From NCBI GenBank assembly GCA_004431415.1, contig QPMI01000439.1, positions 248,001 to 312,000 of the forward strand: 64,000 nucleotides of DNA, given 5' to 3'. Positions 23,542-34,299 of the stretch are shown piece after piece. The notes below the pieces were generated by a model that saw nothing but the letters and a program-made list of their open reading frames with translations, ran no database searches and was not told the origin of the DNA. Origin of the DNA: Cyanophora paradoxa CCMP329 (lineage: Eukaryota > Plantae > Glaucophyta). Position numbers and translations under genes: made by a program. Numbering within the stretch: the stretch's first letter is position 1; every line of letters begins with the position of its first letter.

Positions 23542-26500
23542 GCTGCGCAGCGTCGCCTCCCGGATCCACCACCTCGTCATCGTGCGTCGCCTTCGCGGGC
23601 GAGCGGGAGGCGCGAACGTGAGCGGGGGCGCGCGTGCGCAGATCTCGGCCCACGAGGATGACCGTCCGACGAGAGCCGCGTGGTCAGCACGCTGGAGTCC
23701 CTCCGGCACCAGGCGCGCCCTCGTCCTCGCCCGCGCTCTCCCGCGGCGCCCGCGCCGCGCCGGCTCGAGCCCGCTGAGGTCGCGCGCGGCCGCAGCGGGT
23801 GCTGGACGTTCGCGCCTGAATCCACGTCGCTGTGGTCCTCGGCCCGGGGCAGGTGCGCCGCCCGCCCGGCCGCGCCCGCGCGGGGCCGCGGGAGCCCGGC
23901 CGAGCCGCGCGGCGCGCAGGAGAGCGGCGAGCGCCGGCATTGGCTCTGCACAGAGTTCGGCCCCGTCTTCGCCGACTTCGAGGTCCTCGGCGCCCCGCCC
24001 CTCGAACCCGATGAGGTGCCGCCCCGCCGGCCCGGCCCCGCCCGCCGGCTTGAGCAGAAGCTTACGCGCGGGGGGGCGGGCGAACGCGCAGGTGTGCCCA
24101 CGGGCGGCGAGCGAGCGGGCGGCGCTGCGGTGGTTCGAGGCGCGCCGCCTCGCGCACGTCGCGTGGCGGCCCTCCGGTGGCTCGTCGGAGGAGGAGGACG
24201 AGGAGGGGGCGGAGGCCGAGTGGGCCTCGGAGGTGGATCCCGAGGAGGGCCCCTCGGTCGGGAGCCCGGGGGCAGTCCCCGGCCCTGGCCCCGCCGCGCT
24301 GCGGGCGCCCGAGCTGCTCGTGAGCGGGGCGGACGGGGCGGAGCCGCCCACGCCCGGGGACGCCTCTTTCTCGGACCCCGCCGCGGCCTTCGTGCCGCTG
24401 AGCCCCGCGGCCGCCGCGCCCGTGCGGTTCGTCGACGCGAGCGCATCGCGCCGGCGCCGGCGGCGGCGGCGCCCGGCGGAGCTGCGCGTACCCCTGCCGG
24501 TCCCTTCGGCGGGGATAGTGGCATCCCCCGCCTGGGCCCCTCGGCCGCCTCTACCCCCGAGCTACTCTCCCTGGAGGGAATCGAACCCGAGCTCCCCGGG
24601 CTCGCCCGCGGCGGCGGCGGCGACGGCGGCGCCGGCGCGCTCTCGGCCAGCCTGCCCCGCCGCGCCTCAGCCGCCTCCTCCGACGGCGGCGACGTTCTGG
24701 GCGTACCCCTCGGCGACCGGGACGCCTCCCGCGAGCACCTCGTACCCTCCTCGTGCGCCGTACCCCCTCCGCCTTCCCCCCCCCCAACGCGCCATGAACT
24801 CATCCTGTACCCCCTTCCAGGGGCCTGCACAAGGGCGACGTGCTTGTCACCTGCTGCGGCTCGTTTGCCGTGTTCCAGGTCCGCGCGCCCCCGCCCGCTC
24901 CCCCCCTCTCCCCCTTCCCCCGCCCACGCCGTACCCCCCTCCCCCCGCAGGACGACTACTTCTGGACGGCGACGACGCGTGTGATGCGGGCCGCGGAGGG
25001 CGACCGCCCCCTCCGCCTCTGGCAGGCCGTGCGCCCCGCCCCGCCCCGCCCCGCCCGCCCCGCCCCGCCCCGCCCCGCCCCGCCCCGCCCCGCTCCCGCC
25101 CCGTGCGAGCAAGCCAGCGAGCGAGCGAGAAGCCAGTCAGCCGACCTTTCGATCCTCGACCAACCAACCGCCCCGGCCGCGCAGGCGGTGCTCTTCGACT
25201 ACTGGGAGGGCTGGGTCTTCGAGCGCGTCATCTCCACCATCCGCTGCTGGCTCCAGGCGAGCCGAGCGAGAGATGCGGGCCCGCCCGCGGCTCAGGCCGC
25301 GGCTGAGCCTCCTCCTCCCCCCCTCCAGATCGGGATGTTCGGGCCGATGCAGATCCAGCCCTCCCCCGTCTTCAGCGCCCTCTGGCCCCTCTTCGAGCGC
25401 ACGGGCTTCCAGGCCCGCCCCGCCCCGCCGCCCTCCGCCCCGCCCCCTCCCCCTCTGACGCGGCCGCAGGACGCGCGCTTCTCGTGCCCGGACGCGCACG
25501 CCTTCCTCGCCGGCTTCGTCGGCTCCGCCGCCCCCGTCCGCATCGAGGCGAGCGCGCCCTAAAGAATCTTAGTAAGATCTTACTTCTAAGAAGAACTGGT
25601 TTAGGATACCATCGCGAGATAAAGTGTTTGACTCGGCCCCTAGCCGACCCCGCCCCGTCCGCCGAGAAGCTCGCCCTCTCCGGACGGCGACTGACCCGCC
25701 GGCCCGGGCCTCGCAGACGATGCCCACCTGCGTCGTCACGCGATTCGCCCCCTCCTCCTTCTCCCCCGCCTTCACCGCGCGTACCCCCCCCCCCCGCCCC
25801 CCTGGCCGCTCCTTTGCCGCTGACTGTACCCCCGCAGGAGGCGGCCGGATCGCTCTTCGGCCACTTCCGCCAGCTCGGCTGCCGTACCCAGCAGGCACGG
25901 GACCCCGCCCTGTCTTAGAGACGTACCCCCCTTACGCTTTCCCCTCCCAGGAGCTCGCGTTTCTGCTGGCGGCGCGCCCCCGCATGCGGTTCTTCCACTG
26001 GATCGGCCTCTGCATCTCCTCCCTCCTCCTCGACCCAATCATAGCCCAGCTCGGATTCATCTTCGGTGCGACTTTGTACCCCCCACCCGCTCATTCCCCC
26101 CCCTCTTCGCTCATTCTCCCCCTCTTCAGTCTTCTGGTCCTTCCTGCCCACGTACCTCCGCCCCGAGCTCACCGCCGTCGTGCGCTGTACCCCTCTCACA
26201 CCTTCGCCCCCGTCCGAACGGTATTGACCGGTACCCCCCGCGCAGGTGTACGGGATGAGCTTCGACCGCGCCTTCATCGTTGTCAACGCTGCCGTGCGCT
26301 GTACCCCCCTCCCCTTCTCCCCCCTCCCGTAACGCTCCCGCTGCGCAGGCAATCGTAACGATCGGGTCCCTCTTCCTGTTCACGCTCTACTTCGAGTACA
26401 GGCACAGGGGCCCCTGGAAGCGACGCCGCCGCACCCTCGTCAAAGTGCTTCCTCCTTCCTCTCTCTCTTTATGCCCCTGATCGGATTCGACCCCAGTCCT

Positions 26501-27078
26501 TCGTGATGCTCCTGGAGAACGTCCTCTCGCCCTTCGTCCTCCTCGCCTTCATGTCCGTCCCCTTCCTCGTCTCCATGACCCAGGTTCGATTCCGCGCGGG
26601 CCCCTTTCTTTCTCGCTCCCCGCCTCACCGGCCGGCCTTCCCGCCCTCGCCCCCGCCCCCTCAGATGGCGCTGGGAATAAGGATCGCCCCGCCCAAGATC
26701 CCGACGCCGGCGGTGCCGCCCGCGGCCTCGGAGACGCTTTCGGGCCCCGCCGCCTGGTTCCGCCCCAAGTCCCGCGGCCGGCCCTCCAGCTCCCACGCCC
26801 GCTCCGCCAACCGTGCGCCCGCCCTCCTCTGCCGCTGCTGCCCTTGAGCCCTTTCTTACGCCCGCGCAGGGCACGGGGCCCCCTCGAACCCATCCTCGCC
26901 GACCCCGCGGCGGGCGAGCGGCAGCGCGGCGAGCCCGCTGCCCTCGCCCCAGCACCTCGACCCCTACGGCGACGCCGAGTCCTCCGCCCCCGCCTCGGCC
27001 GCCGCCTCGCCCGCCCCCGGCCGCCTCAGCCTCTCCCGCGGCCGGGCCCACTCCGTCGAGAGCTCGAGCGGCACGTGA
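23542..27078 (+). pseudogene. 5'-truncated duplicate of the GT2-like gene
   Basis: Collinear with ~10070-13572 but lacks the N-terminal TM exons. TGC->TGA premature stop at 23817-23819 (gcc tga atc versus gcc tgc atc in copy 1). Confidence 0.75.
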
Positions 27079-27550
27079 TCGTGGGCCCCCGGGCCCGGGC
27101 CCACACGGTCGCCCAGCCCGGCGGGTCACCCTTTGCTCTCTGAAGCTTAAAGATCCGAAGAGCTGATCTGATCTGATGCTGCCCCGGGCCCCCACTCGCC
27201 GCTCCCCTTGGGCCCCCTCTGTCACGTGCGGGCCGGGACGTCCGACGCGCGGGCGGGCCGGGGGACGGCGACGCGCGCACGCGTGCGCCGTTGCGCTGTA
27301 TGGTCGCACACCGGGTGCCGCATGCAGTGCCGCAGTGCTCTTAGCGACGTCGGCTGGCCACTGTGCCATGACGAGCCGCTGAGCAGGCCAACTAGGCTAG
27401 GGTTGTCGGGTACGCGGCACGCCTGCACTGCGGCAGGCGCCTGATGCTTACGCCCACCGGGCGCTCGGCCCGCGGCCGCGCGCCCACCGCGCGCTGCCGG
27501 GCGCGCGGCCGCGGGCCGTGCACGTGGCGGGCTGCGGGCGGTTGCACGCG

Positions 27551-27587
27551 TACGGCGGTTACACGGCGGTTATACGGCGGTTACACG
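27551..27587. repeat. 11-bp tandem repeat YACGGCGGTTA x3.3
   Basis: tacggcggtta cacggcggtta tacggcggtta cacg. Confidence 0.8.
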
Positions 27588-28388
27588 CTGGCTGTTAGTA
27601 ACGTGCCGGCGAGCGGTCGGCGCGCCGCGGTCTAGTACGCTGCGCCGCCTGCCCCAGCCTGCATGCTGACAGTCACTAGTACTGCGCATGCATGCAGCTG
27701 GCATGCGAATTGCCTCGTGGTTGGAGCGCCCGCGGAGCACCGCGGAGCGCTAAAGCTACTAGGCTAGCGCCTGCGCATGCGGATCGCCGAAACGCGACGG
27801 AGCGCTCCGCGCACTTCGAGACGCTGGAGCCTAGCATGCCGCCGGCCGTCCGCTCCCACCTTTGGTGTCTCGCAGTTCGATCGCGAAAACGGCTTATAGG
27901 TCGCAGCTGAAGTCGGAGTTTTCATGGTCGGATCCATCCACAACGTGTATCAATCCCTCGCCTTTTACTAGAGATTGCCGTGTGTGATGGATCATATCGA
28001 CACTCAACATTTTTTAGCGGCCGCTCTGCGGTCTACCTTTTATTCACAAAGTAAACAAAAACGAAAATCTACCTCGGTCATTTCTGCGCCCAGTTGCAGA
28101 TGATGATAGCACCGCCCGCGGCCGGCCCGGGCCGGGTCGCCGCGCCATTGCGCATGCACGCGCGGATGCCCCGGATTCACAGCCAGCTGACTCGTGAGGC
28201 CAGGACGGGCCGGACGGGCTGGAGCGAGCGGGCGCGTACGTTCACTGCGCGCCAGCGCTAGCTACAGCGGGGGGCGAAGCTTAAGCAGGCAGCAAGCCGG
28301 GGCATGTCTCCCCGGGGTCATGAATATGAAATCAGGCGAAGTCTGGCTTGACTCAGTGAGATTATAATTAAAGCACTGTGCTTGTTCG

Positions 28389-30195
28389 TTAGAGAGATCG
28401 TCGGTTGGCTCGCGATCGCTCGCTCGCGTGGGGCGGGGCCGCCGGGCGGGCCGGGGTGCACGTGGTCATGCATATGATCACGGGCGGGGCGGGGCGCCGC
28501 GCCGGCGGGGCGGCCGCAGGGCGCACGGCCTGCATGCCAGAGGCGGAGGGCGCGGTCGCCCTTGCAATTGGCAGCCCGGCCCGCATCACCCCCATCGTCA
28601 CCGGCGCCGTCCAGAAGTAGTCGTACGCGTCCTGCGGGGGGTACGTATACGGCGTGGGCGGGGGAAGCTTAAGGGATCCGGAGGGATCCCGGAGGGCGGG
28701 GAGCGGGCGGGACCCGCGGACCTGGAACACGGCGAAGGAGCCGCAGCAGGTGACAAGCACGTCCGCCTTGTGAAGGCCCCTGGAGGGCCGGGGGTACAGG
28801 GTGAGGTCAAGGCGGGGGGGGGGGAGAAGCTAGAGGGGGGGACGGTGCACGAGGCCTAGGAGGGTACGAGGTGCTCGCGGAAGGCGTCCCGATCGCCGAG
28901 CCTCGGAGGGGTACGCCCAGCTCCGAGGCGCCCGCCGAGGCGCGGCGGGGCAGGCTGCAGCTGGCTGAGAGCGCGCCGGCCCGTTAAATGAATTCGCACA
29001 CACCGAGACAAATGGCTAGAGATATATAGCTGAGGTGTCCATCTGTGTCAAGTCGAGAGATGATTCCGATTCCCTCCAGGGAGAGAAGCTCGGGGGTAGA
29101 GGCGGCCGAGGGCCCACCGAGACCGGCAGGGGAATGTGCAGCTAGCGCTCCGGATCCGCCCGGCGGTGGCGGCGCGATGCGCTCGCGTCGACGAACCGCA
29201 CGGGCGCGGCCGCGGCGGCCGTGGGGCTCAGCGGCACGAAGGCCGCGGCGGGGTCCAAGAAAGAGGTGTCCCCGGGCGTGGGCGGGTCCGCCCCGTCCGC
29301 CCCGCTCACGAGGGGCTCGGGGCCGGGGCCCGGGACTGGGGCCCCGGGGCTCCCGAGCGAGGGGCCCTCCTCGGGGTCCGCCTCCGATGCCCACTCGGTG
29401 CCCGCCCCCTCCTCGTCCTCCTCCTCCTCTGACGAGCCGCCGGAGGGCCGCCAGCCGACGTGCGCGAGGCGGCGCGCCTCGAACCACCGCAGCGCCGCCC
29501 GCTCGCTCGCCGCCCGCGCCGCGGGCACACCTGCGCGTTTGCCCGCCCGCCCGTCGGCGCCTGCTCAAGCCGGCGGGAAGGGCTGGGCGGGGCCGCGGCC
29601 GGGTGGCGGGACGTCGACGGCACCTCGTCGGGTTCGAGGGGCGGGGCGCCAAGGACCTCGAAGTCGGCGAAGACGGGACCGAACTCTGTGCAGAGCCAAT
29701 GCCGGCGCTCGCCGACCTCCTGCGAGCCGCGCGGCTCGACCGGGCTCCCGCGGCCCCGCGCGGGCGCGGCCGGGCGGGCGGCGCACCTGCCCCGGGCCGA
29801 GGACCACAGCGACGTGGATGCAGGCGCGAACGTCCAGCACCCGCTGCGGCCGCGCGCGGACTCAGCGGGCCGGAGCGGCGCGGCGCGGGCGCCGGGGGAG
29901 AGCGCGGGCGAGGGCGAGGGCGCGCCCGCGCCTGGTGCCGAATGGACTCCAGCGCTAGCGTACGCGTGCTGACCACGTGCCGCAGTGCACGCGGCTCTCG
30001 TCCTCTGGGATCCCGGCCCGTGGCCCGAGATCTCTGTGCATGTACGCGTGCGCGCGCGCGCCCGCTCACGCGCGCGTTCGCGTGCCCCGCTCCAGTACGA
30101 TATCGATCGCCTGCAGCTGCGAAGCTCGTGTATACGTACGTACGATGACGAGCTCGAGGTGCTGGATCGAAGAGGCGAAGTCGGCTCTGAGCAGC
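28389..30195 (-). pseudogene. inverted, partial and heavily degenerate third copy of the GT2-like gene
   Basis: The reverse complement matches ~10070-11620 (e.g. EVGERRHWLCTEFGPVFADFEVLG, VTCCGSFAVFQ), with many small palindromic insertions and an internal replacement near 28985-29065. Confidence 0.8.
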
Positions 30196-31135
30196 GGCGC
30201 GCAGTGCGCCTGCGTAAAACGCAGCACTGCGGCAGCTGAGAAGAACCGAAGGACTCGGAGGCCGGTCCGGAGCCTGGCGCCGGCGGCCCTGGCGGCGCGC
30301 CGGCGGCCCGATGCGGGCCATCGCGCGGCCCCGGCGGGCCCGCAGCCCCGCCGCGACTCGGCGAACGCGCGCGCCCGCGGCCGCAGCGGCGCCGCGGCGG
30401 CCCCCGCCGGCGGGGTCCGCCGCCGGCGCCGGCCCGGCCCGGCGGACCGGCGGCGGTGCCCCTCCGCATGCAGGCTTACTAGTAGAGCATTTATTTCCTG
30501 CATTCATGCCGCTCCCTACCGCCAGTCTCTGAACAAAAAATTTAGATTTACATGAATCGGAAGCGCAAAACTTTATTTACTGAGCTTATTTTGTTTAATT
30601 TTCGCTTTAATGCCTTTTTCAGATATTAGCTCCGGTCGAACGCGCAGCGCATATGCATGCCATGATGCGCCGCGGCGCATGCAGCGAGTGCCAGCGACAT
30701 CGAAAGTAGGCTACTCAGTCTCCGCTGTTGTATGCTCGTGAGCTGTGCATAACCAAAGGCAAGGACGAACTCTGCTTGTAAGATGCTGTACCCCGCAGCA
30801 TCTCGTTTGTTATTTCGAAATTGTATAAAAAAACTAGTTTAGTTGTAAAACTTAGCGATTTAACCGCCAGCACGCTGATTCATCCCGGTCGACATGTCGA
30901 GCTAGGGGCTGGAAGTGAAAGTTCCGTCGCGCCGCGGTTCAGATCGTTCAGCTCATCACATGCATGATGCATCATGCATGCAGCTCACATGCACGATGCC
31001 TTGCGGTCGCTGTACATGTCGGACTCCGGGACATGTCCTCTCAACTCGTGCACCGATCCGAAATTCGGATCTAGATCCTAGATCTAGAACGACGTTACGT
31101 CGGTCGCGATATCGATCGTCATGGGAGCTTGAATA

Positions 31136-33751
31136 ATGAGGTGCAGACCGTGCAGCATCTGCGGACGACTTAAGCTTCGTGACCCCTGTCAACATCAGTC
31201 GCTGCGGCACGGATCGGCAGAAACGCTGCTCCCGATCTCGGCAGCTCTCCTCCTTGTGCTGGGGCTCGCCCATCGGTTCTGCGGCGTGTCCGCCGACTCC
31301 TTCACAATAACGTGCGTTCGATAATCACAATAAACTGATTGAAACGAAGGCCTAGGCTATAATGTAGAAATCGATCTTGTGTTGACATTAGAACGACGCC
31401 TATGAAGATCAAACCCTTAGCTGGCTGTCAGGCTGCCCGCCTCCTAGGCTTATGATTAGCTCAACCCCTATGGCATCCTAGCCCCCGGCCGCGGCTTCAG
31501 TATTCGCTCACATTCTAAATATAAAGTCCGGGAACTCGCGCGCAGCCTCTTCAAGCACGTCGGAAAGGAGGCAAAGTGCACCGCAGAGACCGCCGTCACG
31601 CAAGGAGACGCCAGCTCCTTCGGGCTCTCTGCAGGGGTCAGCTTTTGCTCCCGAAGTCCTCTGATCTCCACGTGCCACTGTGCTCACGTTTGAGGCCGCG
31701 ACGGACGCGTGTGCAGCCCTACGCCGTCGAGTTCGCGCAAGTGGTGTGCTACAAATCCTCAGACATCACGGTGACCGGAACCTTCGATCCGCGGCGGGTC
31801 CGCTCCAGCGAAAGCTGACTCGACGATCTGGCAACCATCGCGCAGATTAGGGACGCAAACGGAGCCACTGTGAACCAGAGAACGCACGAGACAGTGAGAC
31901 GGTTCATCCTCAGCGGACTCGGTATGGTGCCCTCCGCAGCCTCGTTCAGGGTGCGCGCTGCGCGCACTGCTGGCGCACGTGCGCTGCGCCTTGCCTGACT
32001 CTGAGTCTCGCTGGATCTCGCGATCGCAGGGCGTTTGCTTTGGCGGCATGCTGTACGCCGCGGGGTTCTCGGACGCGACTTGCTCGGGCAAGGCCGGCGC
32101 GGACCCTTCGTCAGGGACTTCCATTTCCAACTACACCGACGCCATGTTCGGGTCAGCTCGAGCTCTCAAGTCTAGCAAGCGCTGCGACGTGCATTGATCT
32201 AGATCTTGTCGCCGGCTGCAGCTGGCTGCCGTGCAGGCCTCGAGCTCGTTGCTCATGACGCGCTTGCAGATACGGGGGCGCATCCTCCTGCCGGCGTTTG
32301 AACGACGGCGAGCTCTACGGCGGATTCTCTCTGAGCTACAAGCTGGCGTGCACCTCCTCCGGATCCTTCCGGACGTCGGGAGGTTCGAACTCGACGTTGA
32401 CCGCGAACTCCACCTCCGGGCGACTGCAAATGAAGTGCGAAAAGTCATTTTAGGTTCTTATCATCGGATGCAACGTTCTAGATCTAATGAGGCCCGGGCG
32501 CGGCAGTTTCTATCGTTCAGGGGGCTCTTGCAATCCCGACTCGGCCGTCACGCCTGAGGAAGTCAGCAGATTTCAGATGCCACGGCCTGTAAGTGTTTCG
32601 CGATTTTGCATGTGCACGTGCTTATTTCAATCTATCTAACCGCAATACTGTTCTTCAATGTTCTAGCCATGGTACAGCCACTTCAATGCCGGTGCCTGCG
32701 TGAGCGGCACGACGCCAACAGTGCGCAGACCAGCTCTTGAACACGAGCTGAGCTTGTCGGCCTGAATTCAAAGCGATCGCAGGCGTGGGTCGATTCGGCT
32801 GGCGCCAACGCAAAGGTCGCCAACAATCTCAATGCCGGCGCAAACGGCATGAACTCGGGAATAACACATCAGAAGGTGCGATATCGATTAAAAGACATCT
32901 TTTCTATCTTTTGTTTGCTCAAGAGTGTTGTTTACGTTAACGTTAAAGGGCTTCTGCGCCGGCGACGCCTACGTCATGATCGCCTACGGGGAGGCGTCGT
33001 GCTCGTCCCCGGGAAGCCTCGCCGGCTTCCCGGTCGCCCTCGTGTGAGCCCTCTGATTCGAAAATGCTTCTTTAAACACCCATTTAATTTGAGTTCAGGA
33101 CGGGCGGCACGGGCAAATGCGCCTCCGTCTGGGCCCGCAGCGATGCTGCAGCGGATGCGCCTCGGACGGAATTCAACGTCGACATCCTGTGCGAGAACGG
33201 GGAAATTCCGGTCTCGCCCCCGAATTCGCCTGTGGACTCGCCCGCGAACGCGATTCCGTCCTCCAGCTCGGGACAGCGGTCGGGCTCGCCTTCATCTGGC
33301 CTCTCAGACTTGGACAAGATCGGCCTCGTCCTCGGCGCCGGCCTAGGCGGGTGCGCCTTGATTGTTTTACGTTTCACCGGCCGCTGCTCCGCCTTTGGCT
33401 GACGTCCACGCCGTCGACAGCGGCATCCTCCTCGTCGCCGGCGGAGTGGCTGCCTATCTTTTCGCCAAGAAGATGCGCGGGCCGCGCCCAGCTGCAGGCC
33501 TGAGCCTCGGGGCGGCTCCGGATCCGAATATACCCGCGATGTCGACTGCCCCCTACAGGCCCAGGGTCGGCGGGGGCCCCGCGCCGCCGACCGGCGTCCC
33601 CCCGCCCTTCAGCTTGCAAATGGCCGCACCAAGCTTAAGCGCAAGCTTGAGGAGTCCGACGCGGGGAGCTGGCCCCGGGCCTCCCACGGGCACCGCGTCT
33701 CTAAACTTTCCCGCTGCGATCGCAGCTCCCCCCAGACTGAACTTCATTTAG
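31136..33751 (+). CDS. probable multi-exon type-I membrane protein (signal peptide, single TM, Pro-rich tail); possibly disrupted
   Basis: Signal-like LLPISAALLLVLGLAHRFCGVSA (~31225-31295). TM-like IGLVLGAGLG|GILLVAGGVAAYLFAKK (~33320-33470). Stop at 33749-33751. An in-frame TGA at 31816-31818 may be an error or a lesion. Confidence 0.45.
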
Positions 33752-34299
33752 ACTTCTTAATTACTAAGTTATAATTGTATATGTAAGCTTCAATCTTCTG
33801 CGAAGTTCTGTCCTCGAGCTCCGTATGTTGCATGTTTTTGTATACAAATGACGTCGACGTCTTTGCACAGTATTTATTCTTTTATTCTTCATTATTTGCG
33901 CTATCGCGAGTACTAGTCCAGCTCCAGTGCACTACATTCTTTTTCATTTCGTTTTCTTTCCAAATCGCGGAGTGCGAAGTTAAGTTTTTTAGATTTAAGA
34001 AGAAGAAAGTTCTTCGGCGCAACAGAGTAGCTGCAATGCCCAGGACATGTACAGATCAGCCGCTCTTCCGCAAGGCCCCCGCGGCCGGTGATTTGCAATT
34101 GGGTGGCTTCAATAATATTTAATGATGGTTGGTTATTTTCCGAGATCTGCATGGCCACCGTGGCACAAACTAGTTGGCTCTTAGGCCTTGGGCACTTATT
34201 CGTAGCATAAGGCACTTATTTAGGCCTTATACTATCCGACCGTAGCCTAATTCAATATTACAATTATTCGGTCTTTTGGAATTGTTAGAACAGTTGCCA

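Noticed and set aside
31810-31825. In-frame TGA as possible selenocysteine or readthrough
   Set aside because: No redox-motif context or SECIS recognised; an indel error or pseudogenisation is simpler.
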